Positions 1-12,708 of a stretch of 64,000 nucleotides of DNA are shown here, in pieces. A program made the translations under genes and the position numbers. Where the stretch lies: the NCBI GenBank assembly GCA_051362555.1, contig CM120643.1:15226644-15290643 (forward strand), read 5' to 3'. This DNA is from Lingula anatina. Its lineage: Eukaryota; Animalia; Brachiopoda. The first letter of the stretch is position 1, and the number at the start of each line of letters is the position of its first letter. The notes beneath the pieces were generated by a model. That model saw nothing but the letters and a program-made list of their open reading frames with translations. It did not search any database and was not told the DNA's origin.

Positions 1-179
1 TAAGAATGCTTTCATAAATAAGTCTTTTTATTTTAAGTCCCCGTTTAGAGTATTTATAAAGAATAGTTAAAAGGTATGTACAACCTAAGGTTATTTGTTT
101 TAACATTGTACAACTTCCACCTTTTGGTTGCATTTTTTTCTGAATAAACTATTATAATTATCAAATTTAAACTCATTAC

Positions 180-3100
180 CTTCTTTTCAGCGACCAGTTT
201 CAGGCAGTCCTCCAGGTGATGTGGCGCCCCAACACACACACCCTGTACACACTTCGTGTGCAGCGCCAGGACGATTAACGGTATCTTCATGTTACCACCG
301 AATAACCCAACGTTCACTTGAATACCACCCTAAAACGATAACATTTAAAGTATTTTTGAGTGCAATTATTGTATTAACGACATAATAATGTGCATCTGAC
401 CTTTACAAAGAAAGCATTTTTCTGGGATTTTCAGCAATTCCTCTTTATCGTCAAAGTAAACCTTACCCAAAACTGTTGAGAAAGTTACGATCCTTAAACC
501 CGCTTCAAAATTTGAGTTCAAATTTTCCAATATTTGTTATGCTTCGAGGGAATTTCCTCAGTTCTAATTACAAGAGTGGCTCAAAAACTAGATGCATAGA
601 ACTGAAAATGGGTTTACGGATTATAATTCCGTGAACACTTTTGGAAAGAGTATATCTTGAGAATTAATCGAAAAATATAAGAAACTCCAGGAAGAATTAC
701 GTTTTGGTATATAAAGTTGTAACACTCATTAATATTCTTCTTCATGTGCCATCACCGATTCGGTGTTTGACGAACGATGATATTCTGCCAAAGGGTTCTA
801 TTTCTCGCCCATGACCAAAGGTGTCTTGTTGGTAATTCAAAATTGTCAAGAAAGGATTAATAATATTAATATAATTGACTAAAAATTAACACGCACAAGT
901 CAAGACATACTGTACATCTCTATCCTATCTAATACATCTTAGATGAAGTTACACCCAGAAAACGGGCTCATTCTTTCACTTTATTAATAACAATTTGAAT
1001 TAAAACTGAAGGATATTTTATTTCTAGTATTCGAATGTGCCTTTCTTACCCGCTCTGTCAAGTTAAACGCCCTTTGAGAAGTCGCTCCGGCTCCAACCAA
1101 ATCAATGACGGCATCAAATACTCCACCTGAGCGCTGCATCGTCTGCGCGAGGATTTCTTGCTCATTAGCTTGATAATTGGAAACCACATTATATAGAATT
1201 TTTTTTCAGAACACTTTTTCAAAATTCAGTAGAAATTAAAGATCTTTCAAAGCACTGGGTCGCCACTTAACAAATTAACAAAAACTTGAAATATTATGAA
1301 AAATGTTGTTAAAAAATTATTCAAGTCTACACAGCCTATCTTTTACTTGTTGTCAATTTTTCTAGAAAAAGAAAGTTTTTGATTCCATGAAAATGGCTAG
1401 ATATGATCCCTTGAAAGCGCTTAGGACTGACATGGTTGAGAACAGTAGGGGATCGAAGAAAGCATACAGGGAGAAGATTAATGAAATTAGCGTTTTCTTT
1501 ATTACCATCTTTACTCCATAGAATTGTGTCATCTGCATTGGCTTCCTTCGCCATCTGCAATTTCTCTTCCTGAAATGAACAAAAAAAGTGGAAGTAAAGT
1601 AGGACGATTAAATTCCAAAGTGGGGGTGGGGTGGGTGGTGAAAGGTGGGGGTGGTTGGGTGAAGTGACTGTGAACGTGGTCAGTGTAATAAGATAGAGAC
1701 ATAAAAATTGTGTCGTGCGTGTGATGCCTTAGAAGGAGCGTCAGATGCAGAACGTTCTACATAAACATGGTTGCCGTGAAATTGTAACAGTAGTCCCTAA
1801 TGATCGTTTGTATATTTATAAAGTACAAAATGAGCGTGGCACTGAAGACTCGTTGGACATGATGTCCAGCGTGAAACAAGTTGATGCACAAGTGCGATGA
1901 AAAATGAATAATATGACAAGCTGGACACTCACTGAGATATCCGCGGAGAAAATCTTGGTTTCTGGGGGAAGCAGTGCCTTCGCAAACTGAATACACCACA
2001 TTCCAAGTCCGCCGGCACCGATGATGAGGAGCTTGGCATTGCCTGGAATCATTTATATTTTTCAGATTTTATTATCATTTTTCTAGATTACTAGACTTAT
2101 TTTATAATATCGAAAAACAGAGAGGAGGTGACGGCTGAGGATAGATTTATGTCACCCTAGCATGGCTATAAAAAATAGAATAAAGCAAAATTTTTTCTTC
2201 TATCAACAGCTAGTATCGAAATGGTTGATAATCTCCAATATTTCGATGTCTACCTAGAAATATTGAAGGTGAACGGAAATTTGATCACTAGCTGTTGATT
2301 GAAGGAATTAAAACAATTGCTTTATTCTTAGTGCAATAACACTGCACATGTAATTCTTTTCTGAAGAATATATTACCTTTCATCCTGACCATTTCGGTTA
2401 CTCTTTCTTTCGTCTTCAGGACGGCGTTGTAGGTGGTGATGCCACTACACGGCACCATACAGGCGACTTCCGGCGCCAGACCCTTGGGAATCTTCACCAC
2501 AGCACCACTGGTGATAGGAACCACCACGTGAGTGGCGAACCTGAGAACATTAGGAAAACAATACAGTGCCATAGCTCTCTCTCTCTTCATTTTCAAGACA
2601 AGAAGCTAGATGTAGTTCTGTACATGTACTTTCCATTATCAACCTCATACGTTGACTTTATGAAATTGTCAATTCTCTTAAGATTAACAATATACACACT
2701 TCTCATTTGCCTTCTCCTGTTCTTAAATTATTTATCACATCACTGTGCTGTCCTCCCTACCCTCCGTGTTTTGCAGCCCCAATCCTTTCCACCACGTTCA
2801 AGCAGAGGTTGGGCTGCCCGTGCGTGCACAGGTCACATTGAAGACACGCCAGCCACGGGTACACAACCACAGCGTCGCCAACTTTCACTTCTGAACCTGC
2901 ATGGTCAAGTGATTTTTTAAAAAATAAAATAACATTATGAAATATTGAATCATATTTAAAAAAATGTTCTTGGGAAGAAAATGAATGACGTTGGATATGA
3001 CGTTGAATATGATTATTTTACCTGCTTAATGTTGGTGAAGATATTTTTAGGATGTATTGTATACTAATACACAAACCAATTGCAACGCCAATGAACATTA

Positions 3101-6056
3101 AACGCGTTGTGTTGACAGAAGGGATAAATAGATAATTAACAGAAATAAATTTAATTTACCTGCCTCGCTTCCGACCGCTTCAATGATCCCCGCGATCTCA
3201 TGGCCTGGTAATGTAAGATTACAAATAGATTTTATTTAAAAATCATGTAGTTAACAAGTCAGCACATTTGATATGCATATGTATATTGTGCGGGTGCATC
3301 TGCAGGCACGTGAGCTCGTTAATCAGGTTTATTCGATTGCATTCAGCGTGAGTCCCCGTGGTGTTAGTGTGCACTAGCTAGTGCGCACTAACTCATTCTG
3401 ACCCCCCCCCCCCCAAACGCACGTTGTCTCCCTTTAAATTCCGGCTGTCACGTACCAGGTGCCAATGGAAATTTTATAAATTTCCCCGCAGTGAGCTTCA
3501 TTTTGACGCCATCCCCCATGTCCATCTCATCTTCCCATATGTGGACGTCGGAGTGGCAGACGCCAGAGTAGGTAATCTGAAATGGAAACATACAATTTCA
3601 CTGGCGGATAAAGGGTAATTCTAAGGCATCTATTTATTTATTTCTTTATTTATTTTTGGATGAAGTGGGTAATTTCGCTGTTTATTTAATTTTAATATCG
3701 TGATAAGAATATATATTTCTCAAGAAGAAATACAGGGCAAAATTAATCGTGACATCGGAAACTAAGAAGTTATTCGTGTGATAATCCAGTAAACATTCGA
3801 ATATTATCCTCTATTTAATTTTTATTTGTATAAATATATATGTTATATTCCTTTGGGAATGGGAAGGGGAAGGAGTAGCATGGGGAGGGGGTTAGCAGTA
3901 CATTCAAAATCAAATGACATATGCACGGAGTAACAACATATCTTGGCTTCCTTCGACCAAATTGTGCCCATAAAAGGTGTTTTTTTATTCAGCGTGAGTC
4001 CCCGTGGAGTAAGTGTGATATTTGTCTGAATAGCTGTAAAACGCAAAATATAACAAATCTAGCACAGGTGCAGTGCTTACTTATGCCCGATTTTAGTGTG
4101 CATCGAATGACCTACCAATTCATTACCAAATGTCACTTAAAAATCAGGGAGTAAGAACTAGGCTACATTACTACATGTACGGTTTATTGTTTATTAGTTC
4201 ACAGTAATGAAGTATATTTCATAATTAATTCGTTTTTATCATTAAAAACTTCTATCAATGCATAAGAAATACTTTAAACTTTTTTAATTAGCAGCTGGGA
4301 ATGAACCACAATGTTTCCTCCCTGCCATATTATATAAGGTTCTCATCCATTCTAAGTAGCCTACGTAAATAAAGTAATATTGAGTAAGAATCGTGTAAGA
4401 TCTTTGATCTGCTGATAAAATACGTAAACCCAAGAGTTGGAGTCCAACTTGTAATTACATGTAAATTTTATTGGATAATTACGTTACATTTCATCTACTT
4501 CCATAGTTAAGATGACAAAGTCACTTTTTTAAAGATTCCCCGTGATTTAATGTTCTCCTGTAAATTGAGGAGAAAGGTAGGACGGAATCACATTCTGATA
4601 GTATGTTTATATAGTATGTACAGCATACAAAACTGAAGAAAAGGAGATACAATAATTTTGTAGCAGACTACTAACGGACACTGTGGTCAGAGAGTAGAAC
4701 CGGTTAGCATTGTAATTAATTTAAATTACAAGTTAAATTCACTTTCAGCTCTGATATCCGTATAAGATTAGCCGTGCAGAGTAACCATTTGAGTTGAAAT
4801 TTATGGTCTGGAGAAAAAAAAAACGTGAAAACACCAAATAGAAATTTGGTTGGGTTTTTTCGATGCTTTTCCTTTTCAACATTCAGTGTCAACAACAACA
4901 CGCATTTTGAGACACATTGCATTGCATAGAAGTAAAAATTAATCCTCCACTCACACTTGGAGCTACTGGTAGTTAAACATCTTGTTTGGTTCCCGCATAC
5001 ATTTTGGACATTGTTATTAGCTGCAACATCTCAACAATATTAAAGGTCTATGGAAGGCGTCATAATAAACAACACGAAATATCATATTTTTATTCAAACC
5101 GAGTCAAAGAGAAAGGAATTAATCGGTCGCATAAATCTGTTACCAAAACGGTGTAATTATGTTCTATGGACGAGACATAATTTAAGAACTAATGTCATTC
5201 CCAAAGGGTCATGGTGTGACAGGAATAGCAGTCCTAGAAATGGAAGTCCGAGGTTCCAATAATATGATTAGTCGGTTGATTACTACAGGTAAGTGTTAGT
5301 CGGAGTATTGGGGTCAGAATATGGGACGAACGTCTCCTAGATAATGCCGAACGGACTACGGTTCCTAGCGGACTACCATTCCTGTCATACCGTTTAAGGC
5401 TATATATGCACACGAGACAATGGCACGACCCCCAGTGTAACGTGACAGAAAGTCCCCCATAACAGAGAGTCCGCTTCCCATTCATTTGTTCAGGTGAGAC
5501 TCGCCCCAGATTTTGACCCAGTTAGGTCAGACCAACTCTAACCATTATAACTATATGGAGGGTGGACTTTCTGTTACACGGACCCTCAGTTTCGTTACAC
5601 CTCTACTTCTGTTGACATACTCGTATATCTGGGTTAATAATATCAAGAATAGAGAATCACCAGTGACTTGTGACCAGATTTTGACTTGTGGATATTATCA
5701 CCATCGCTTACTGATAATCAGCTGAAGCTAGTTCACTTCAGTTCAGAATATAAGAGGTTCAGATGAATGTGCATTTGTACTGAGGTGGTCATGGTTTCAA
5801 TCCCTCTCTCTCTCTCTCTCAAAAACACGCACGCACGCGCACACACGTGCAAACGATCTAAATGCATACAGATATCTCACCATCTGTCCTATGTCTCCAA
5901 GCAGTATGAACGCGGATCTTCGAAATAGATTTACATACCCCTCCTTGTCCCGACCCTCACCTTAACCACAACCCCTTTAGGGGGAGGGGGCGGAACTTCA
6001 GGATAGTCGACAATCTTCAGAGGAGCTAAAGCCTCGCAGATCTCCGCTCTTTTCAT
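180..6056 (-). CDS. Zinc-dependent medium-chain alcohol dehydrogenase (MDR family, resembles the 6-hydroxyhexanoate-dehydrogenase-like group); last exon(s) lie beyond the window start
   Basis: Exons 6056-5961, 3576-3456, 3204-3160, 2896-2761, 2540-2377, 2042-1933, 1569-1506, 1168-1050 and 329-180, all GT-AG, join to 335 codons. Motifs: catalytic Zn GVCHSD and GHE, structural Zn CLQCDLC...C, third ligand PCSG, Rossmann GAGGLG, and DAVIDLVG / VGLFGG. Confidence 0.93.
5212..5392. mobile_element. MITE with terminal inverted repeats
   Basis: GGTGTGACAGGAATAGCAGTCC at the left end and GGACTACCATTCCTGTCATACCG at the right end are imperfect inverted repeats; lies in ADH intron 1. Confidence 0.6.
5432..5602. 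mobile_element. MITE, family C copy 1 (TIR CC(G/A)GTGTAACG)
   Basis: Reverse-complement homologue of 41416-41601 along its whole length (e.g. GGTGTAACGAAACTGA.GGTCC.TGTAACAGAAAGTC). Confidence 0.8.
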
Positions 6057-6450
6057 GCTTACGTTGGGCGCTGTCAATGAATGCGACTTGTTGCTTTGAC
6101 TAGAGCGTTTTAAACTCAACACCAGATCTAGAGTCAGGCGGGTTCGTTGTTTACGTGAGCTGTCGCTGATAGTAAAGTTAGGAAGAGGACGTAAGACGAT
6201 GTTAAGGGGCCGATAAAGATTTGGCAAAGTCAAATAGACAACGGACGATATGACGTATTTATCACTGTAATTCGGTCAGTGCATTTTTTAGAAGTGTTAA
6301 TATTTAACAAAGCTCGTGATTGTTATTGTACGCTTAGCACGCGGCTTTGTGGTAACGTTTAGGGGCCTACATATAGGCGTAGGAAGCAGTGGGACCAACG
6401 GACCCGCTCCTCCGTCGCTTATATTCCCTCACATGGTTTGCCCCCTCCCC

Positions 6451-6491
<41 letters not shown>

Positions 6492-7110
6492 AAAAGCTGC
6501 GCACCTGAATAAAGACATATTATATACATATATACTGATACTCAATATATATATAGGCTTAAGTTCATTTGAAAAAAAAAAAGGAAAAAATGAAGTTAAA
6601 AATATAAGCGCGATTTCTCCTTTTTTTTAAACTCTGGAGACAGAAAGTGATAAATATAGCTTTTTGTGCGCATGCCAATCCAAGAAAAGTTTAAAATCCA
6701 TGCCCTGCTAGTGCGGGGAGTGCGAAGAGAAACGAAGGTTTTATGAAAGAAATTTTAAAAAATATCACGCCTTTTGTGTAATACTAAGAAAAATCAAACT
6801 GCGCTAAGGGCTATTACGAGATGCACGGTTATTTTACTGACACAATTTGTACTCAACCTCAAGTATATTTTTACAAGATTCTGCAAATTACTTTCTCTGA
6901 GAATGCAGTTTTGTCGCGTTTTGTGTAAAATGCTTGACTATGCCCTGTCACCATTTCGTCTAGCTAACAGTGGATGTAACTGAAATGAGGATTTTATTTA
7001 TGGCTAAAACATTACAAAAAAAAAAAAAAGCTAACGACTGAAAACAACGCTCTGTAAAACTGTGTGCAAACTTTGATATGTCTACACATCGGAAGAAAAA
7101 AATCAAAAAC

Positions 7111-7540
7111 CAAAATATGCATCTCAGTGCAAGAAAACTAGAGAGCGCAACCCCCGCAAGGACAAATAATTGCGTATTATAAAGTATTATTAATTAAGTA
7201 TTAGTATTATAAATTGATTAATACTAAAATATGCACCTGAGCAGAAGAAAACCAGAGAGCGCAACCTCCGCAAGGACATAATTTAGTATTATTCAGTATT
7301 CTTAATTAATTAATACTAAATTATTTGTCCTTGCGGAGTTCCATGATCGATTAATTTATTAATTAAATAATAAATAAATGGATCATTACCAAAATCTTCT
7401 TCCATTGTCCATTTGTGAGCTATCCTGGAAATTTAATTTTCAAGTAATTAATTAATGGAACATAACCAAAATCCAACCATTTCTTCCTTTGCCCATTTGT
7501 GACCTTTCCTGTAAATTTCAACAAAATCTGTTTATAGCTA
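7111..7540. repeat. Non-autonomous repeat with a duplicated 5' end and a subterminal inverted repeat (HINE/DINE-like organisation)
   Basis: AAAATATGCA...AGAGAGCGCAAC..CCGCAAGGACA occurs at about 7112 and 7226; its inverted copy ATTTGTCCTTGCGG is at about 7323; degenerate internal tandem units span 7370-7540. Confidence 0.5.
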
Positions 7541-8564
7541 AGTAATAAATAAACTTATTAAACAATTAATTAATAAATGAATAAATGGATCATAACCAAA
7601 ATATGGTGCAGAGCCTGTTAATTGTGGTTGCTGAGACTCACAACGTAATTCAGACGTTTGCACCCGTGTCACATTTTTGAGTGCTATGAGATGATGCTGT
7701 AAACAATTTGCCATTCTGTTGGACATAAATCCTATTTTCAAATCATGTATGAGTGTAACACAAGAAAATCGAGATAATTGTTATAGAAATTTTATGAGCC
7801 GAGATGGTGTACAGAAGAAACAGGTGGGAAAAAGTCTAAAACTTTTTAGGTCAATTTTTTCAGTTCATTTTTCAAACACAAATATACATGTAGATAAATT
7901 TGAACTCTTACATGCCCCGTTATTCTTTTATTTCTATTGATTGTCATATAAAACTATTAAATAATCCTTTCTTTCGTTTCTGATCTTTTTCACATGGAAA
8001 AGAGTTCTGAAGAGATGAACTGGTTGTAGGGGTCCATGTTCCTCATTACCGAGCTTCTTTTTAAATTTCACTTGTCACTGATGACACTGAGGCGTGGGAG
8101 AGTGTGTTTATTTTAAAGTCCAAGCATTCAGCATTTATACACATTATCTGCAGGGAATCTATCTGCATGCCACAGTGACAGCAACTGATTTAAATACTAA
8201 TTGCAATGCAATAGTTAACAAGTGAGAGTTTCTACTTATTAGATTTAAGATAAGCATTTCTATACAAAGGGCATATCTATACAGAGAATGATAAATATTC
8301 ATTCAAGACTGAAGCAAGGTGAATTATGATATGTTGACTGATTATATTAACATAATATGTAAATGAGTGAGTTTATCACCTGCCTTCAGTGGACCTTAAC
8401 ATGGTGCTGAAAGTTTGAGATCCCGAATTCCACTTTATTCGACTTAACACCTACTGCCCCATGCTTCAGGTTGGCATATAGTCATCTTTCTGGTGCTCAA
8501 ATCATTTTCGAATTACTGAAATATAATTTAAAAAAAAGAAAAAAAAAACAATCATTTTACACCA

Positions 8565-8785
8565 TAAACAGTGCTTTTTATTCCAAATATCGTATCTAAC
8601 ATGATTAATGGTACACAAAATATAAAACAGCGGTGAAGATGTCCATTTATATCCTAAACCATGTAGGCCTATCAATTAAAATTTATAACATGTAGGCCCT
8701 AGGCCTAACCCATCAAATCCGGTGTTTAAATTTACTCTGGTTTCCACAGAGGTAAAGAAATGTCCATTAAATTGAAAAGACACCA
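8565..8785. repeat. Dispersed repeat fragment, homologous to 63444-63632
   Basis: Both sites share colinear blocks TAAACAGTG.TTTTTATTCCA, TCAAATCCG and CACAGAGG(G)TAAAGAAATGTCCATTAAATTGAAA.GACAC in the same orientation. Confidence 0.75.
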
Positions 8786-9054
8786 CCAAATGTCACCAAT
8801 GCATTCCCACAAAATTAGCAGTAGGACGTGCACGAAGTCACCTCTTCCAGATGCACCTGTGAAGTGATTATAAATATGTAAATACTTGAGCAGTTACTAC
8901 TAGTTAGAATCGAAGTTCCCGGAGAGTTGGAACGATCTACGTAGACCGACATTAATGGTTTCAAGGGGAATGAGCCATTAAATTCCGTGGCCTGTGATAT
9001 ACCTGCTGCTGCCATCTTGACTCTGTTTGGGCCGTGACGCGACAGAGTCCAGTG

Positions 9055-9350
9055 TTTATATTTCCGCTCTAATGATCACGGACGAAGTCCGTCCATGAAC
9101 CGGTACGCTAGGTCGTCACCTTGATTGGTCAGTAAACGAGTGTCGTAAAATAACCAAATGATTATTTTATTATTACGTTTTGAATGCTGCTACCGAATTT
9201 GGTGTTTTTTAAATGTGCTTTGGCATAATAGAATGACAGTCATTTTATTAGTTTTTTCAGGTTGATGCACCTGGTTTATTAATAATAGGGCGATTTTACG
9301 ACACCCGTTCATTGACCAATCGAGGTGACGACCGAACGTGTGTTATATAA
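9055..9350. promoter_or_regulatory. Candidate divergent promoter built on an inverted repeat (mirror CCAAT boxes, outward-facing TATA boxes)
   Basis: Inverted-repeat arms 9105-9151 and 9293-9339; ATTGG at 9124-9128 and CCAAT at 9316-9320; TATATAA at 9344-9350 (+) and TATAAA at 9060-9055 (-); YY1-like CAAGATGGC at 9019-9011 (-). Confidence 0.5.
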
Positions 9351-9493
9351 GCCGTGTCAACATTCTCTTTGGAAAGGTGGACATCAAGCGATCTGTTTAT
9401 AATTTGCAGTCACTTTTCGACTGGTGTACTCAGGTATTGCTACAAAAAACGCTCTGCTGATTTTGAAATGAAATCATATGTAGGCCTACAGTC

Positions 9494-10834
9494 ATGAGAA
9501 GTACGCTACTAATAAAATTATGTATCGCTGTAGCGATAGGGAGCATTATGGTATTGTTGATAACAATGCATAAGAAAACGACGTCCCTGCTCCAAAGTCT
9601 CTCCGGAGGACCGAACCACGTCGTGAATGAAGGGGCGCCGACAGGTACTAGTGCTAGCGGGTCTAACTTCAATATCCCAGGTGTCTGGGACTCTGTTCCG
9701 ACGCTTGAACTGTTCCTTCGCATGTACCACAAACATCATCATCTTTACGAGAAGATCTTCAAACCCAGCTTGATGCTTTTCTGGCCGCGTCATATACGTG
9801 TGATGGTTATCTTAGACAATGAATCGAAACAGGACCATGCGTTGGAAGCAACGATAAGAGACAGCCCGCCTTTTCCGAAGGTTTTCTTTGAAGACCCCTA
9901 CCCAGAAATATACAACCATCGAGGGCCAAGCCGTATGCAGCGGTCGATGTTTTATCCCGAAAATTACACCAAGGCCGAGTACGTTGGCTATGTGGACACA
10001 GACACTCTGTTCGTTACGGTTGTTACGCCGGAAGACCTTTTTAGAGACGGCAAACCTATCGTGGTCGGCGTCATTGGCCAGTTTCTGACGAAAGAATGGG
10101 GAATGACATCAATGAAGCATTACAAGTTATTCGGGACTGGAGAAGTCATGAAATGCATGTCATACTTTCCTGTCATCATAAAAGTAAAACATATTGTTGA
10201 ATGTCGCCATTACTTGGAGCGGTTACATAAGAAATCTTTCGATGCAATCATTAAAGAAATATCAGTCGACAATCTCTTTTCTCAATTCAGCATAATGTGT
10301 CAGTGTATATACACTCTTCATCGCAAGGAATACATCTTTCGCATCCAAATGCGCCCAAACGGAGACTTCAAAACCGAACTCCCCGGGAGAGCACCCCTCA
10401 AAACTTACAAAGAAAATTTTACGGCGGAGGAACTCTCCCCCATCGCTAGAACTTCAATTCATTGGAAATATCAGACAGTACCCAAACAGGAACTATTGAA
10501 AACACCGTACAACATGGAGACTTACTACCCTCAAGCTCTTCTGATGGGGATTTGCTATTCCGGTGGCTTCGAAATGTGTCCGAATCACTGTAGATTTTTC
10601 AGCAGGAGCGCAATTCATAGAGACCTGTTTAATTTCGAGTACACCGACTGGACCTGGGACCGCCGCTGTATGAAGGCTCAAGAAAGACATTACCAGGACG
10701 TGAACCGATTGTTGTCGTATTACAAATCGCATGGATTCCCCATATTTGGCGAGAAAAATCCCACCGTGGCATGTGATCGAATTTATAAAATGCTTCAGGT
10801 CGATAAAGAGTATTTACTGATTACACCAACGTAG
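9494..10834 (+). CDS. Intronless 446-aa type II membrane protein with a DxD motif, putative GT-A-fold glycosyltransferase-like
   Basis: Single ORF. N-terminal signal anchor (LLIKLCIAVAIGSIMVLLITM), Ser/Gly-rich stem, then a globular domain with hydrophobic strand plus DTD (YVGYVDTDTLF). TATA box about 150 bp upstream. Confidence 0.85.
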   Translation: MRSTLLIKLCIAVAIGSIMVLLITMHKKTTSLLQSLSGGPNHVVNEGAPTGTSASGSNFNIPGVWDSVPTLELFLRMYHKHHHLYEKIFKPSLMLFWPRHIRVMVILDNESKQDHALEATIRDSPPFPKVFFEDPYPEIYNHRGPSRMQRSMFYPENYTKAEYVGYVDTDTLFVTVVTPEDLFRDGKPIVVGVIGQFLTKEWGMTSMKHYKLFGTGEVMKCMSYFPVIIKVKHIVECRHYLERLHKKSFDAIIKEISVDNLFSQFSIMCQCIYTLHRKEYIFRIQMRPNGDFKTELPGRAPLKTYKENFTAEELSPIARTSIHWKYQTVPKQELLKTPYNMETYYPQALLMGICYSGGFEMCPNHCRFFSRSAIHRDLFNFEYTDWTWDRRCMKAQERHYQDVNRLLSYYKSHGFPIFGEKNPTVACDRIYKMLQVDKEYLLITPT

Positions 10835-11184
10835 GCGTGGCTTTTCAAAGTTTTATATTAGTATGAGCATCTCTGATATGATGATGATAGTTGCACTGCT
10901 TGTATTGAGGGCCATATGTAACATGTTTTACGCTCTTTAAATATAGTATTTATTATTATAATTATTACTTTCGGGACATACACGATAGTGTGAATACATT
11001 TTTAGTGTGAACAGCTGCTGACTTTATTCACTCCCCCCTCCCTTAGCTGAACTGACAGCATTATGGAAAGCTAAAGGTAGGATACCATCTTTTTAGAAGT
11101 GAATATGTATCTTGGACAGTTCGTATCAGACTGATGTAGGGTAACTTGTGATCATTTAGAGATTATCTTGTGCTACGACACTTA

Positions 11185-11409
11185 GGGCGCATTCCCATAG
11201 ATTTTAGATCGATCTATCCCCGTGGGGAGTCTCACTAGATTACTGTCAGATAATCCGGCTTAAATGTCCGTCCCGCCTACTACAAGCTGTAAGGGGGTAA
11301 TTAACTTTCGTGCCCGCTCGGCTGACAGCTATTTAGCGTGAACCCCCAGGGAGTTAGGTCGATCTAGTTGGATCGATCTAGACCCCATTCCCAGAAATTA
11401 GATTGATCC
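11185..11409. mobile_element. PIF/Harbinger (Tourist-like) MITE, family A copy 1
   Basis: Starts TTA|GGGCGCATTCCCATAGATTTTAGATCGATCT; homologous in reverse orientation to 45936-46150 and 61672-61897; right end rearranged. Confidence 0.85.
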
Positions 11410-12489
11410 TGTAATATAGTTTACAGGTATTTGGTCGCACCGGTCTCTTCATGTCATGTTACTCGTAGGCCTCATACAAATATACATATTTTCCCAAGTT
11501 TCGTTCACTTCTCTAAGTACCACCCAAAAAATCCTTAAAGAAAAAAGAGTGAGAATATATCAACTAGTAAATATAATTGTTATTCATAGATGTGATGAGA
11601 AATGGTACTTAAAGATGCATTTGAAGTATATTTTGCCACAAAATGTCAATATATAGTTTTAGATACACAACTTGAAGAAATGCCAAAGGGCATCGTTTCA
11701 TATTTTCCGAAAAAAATTAATTTTGCTCGTTTTTTTACTAGTTTCTTTCTGTTGCTGTGAACCGTCCGAAATGACTTTCACTTTAATAAATAATTGTATT
11801 GAATTCCAGTCTATTAATTTTCGTCAACGAAGGGCTCCGACGTGATTCCAAATCCGAGTGAAGTCTTTCACTTCACGTGCACAGAAAAGCATTACAAACA
11901 ACCTCACATCTTCAGTTAAAAACGAAATGTTGCTTTATACTGTGCGCTATTCACATTTTATTCTATTTATGTAAATGGGCTCAATATGTGTGCAACAGTA
12001 ACTCCAAGTAATTTACATACTAATTTTGAGCATCTTGCCGACTTTAGTGTGCATCGAAAAGTTCGCTATATAATCGGGGCTTTAGTAAGATCAGCTGTGC
12101 TACATTTTACATTTTATGGGCACATTTGGGATGAAGATAGCCAAGGCATGTCACTTGATTCACGTATTATTTTGATCTATTTTAAGCATACTGGGTGTGA
12201 AAGAACCAAAAGGGTTATCAGTTAACTCGGCTTACTTTCATCTTGAGAGTTCAATCCCTTTGATACAGTAATAATAAAATTGTACTACTACTACGTTCAA
12301 AATTGTCGATGTTGATTGCTGTCTGTCATGTTGGATATCCCGCGTTTTTCGGGAAGTCAACAGTCAACATGGCCCGCAACATGTCATGGAGAGGTAGTTA
12401 TATATACTGCGGTGTCCTGGTGCCTGTAAGTTAAACTGGAGACATGCCCCCTCGCCCTCGAAAAGTATGAAATGTATTCCGTTTTTTTA

Positions 12490-12708
12490 AGCCCCTTTCA
12501 CACTAGACGGCGTCTTTTCTGCGTCCTTTGTGGACCATGTAACTGGCATCGATATGGTCGTAGAGAAGAGGCATAAGCATTGCTTTGGCTGCAGATTGAA
12601 TCCTCAATGATCGATCAGTTGTCGGCACAGAAGTAATGGTTTTATTTGCTCTCAAACGGGGCCGTTCTAACGGAAGCAGAAAGGACGCTGTCCAGTGTAA
12701 AGGGGGCT
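12490..12708. mobile_element. PIF/Harbinger-like MITE
   Basis: TIRs AGCCCCTTTCACACTAGAC / GTCCAGTGTAAAGGGGGCT, flanked by TTA on both sides. Confidence 0.75.

Noticed and set aside
8815-9015. 66-aa minus-strand ORF MAAAGISQ... as a protein-coding gene
   Set aside because: No recognisable homology, a likely splice donor after codon 4, and downstream candidate exons contain stops or repeat sequence; kept only as a candidate noncoding transcript.
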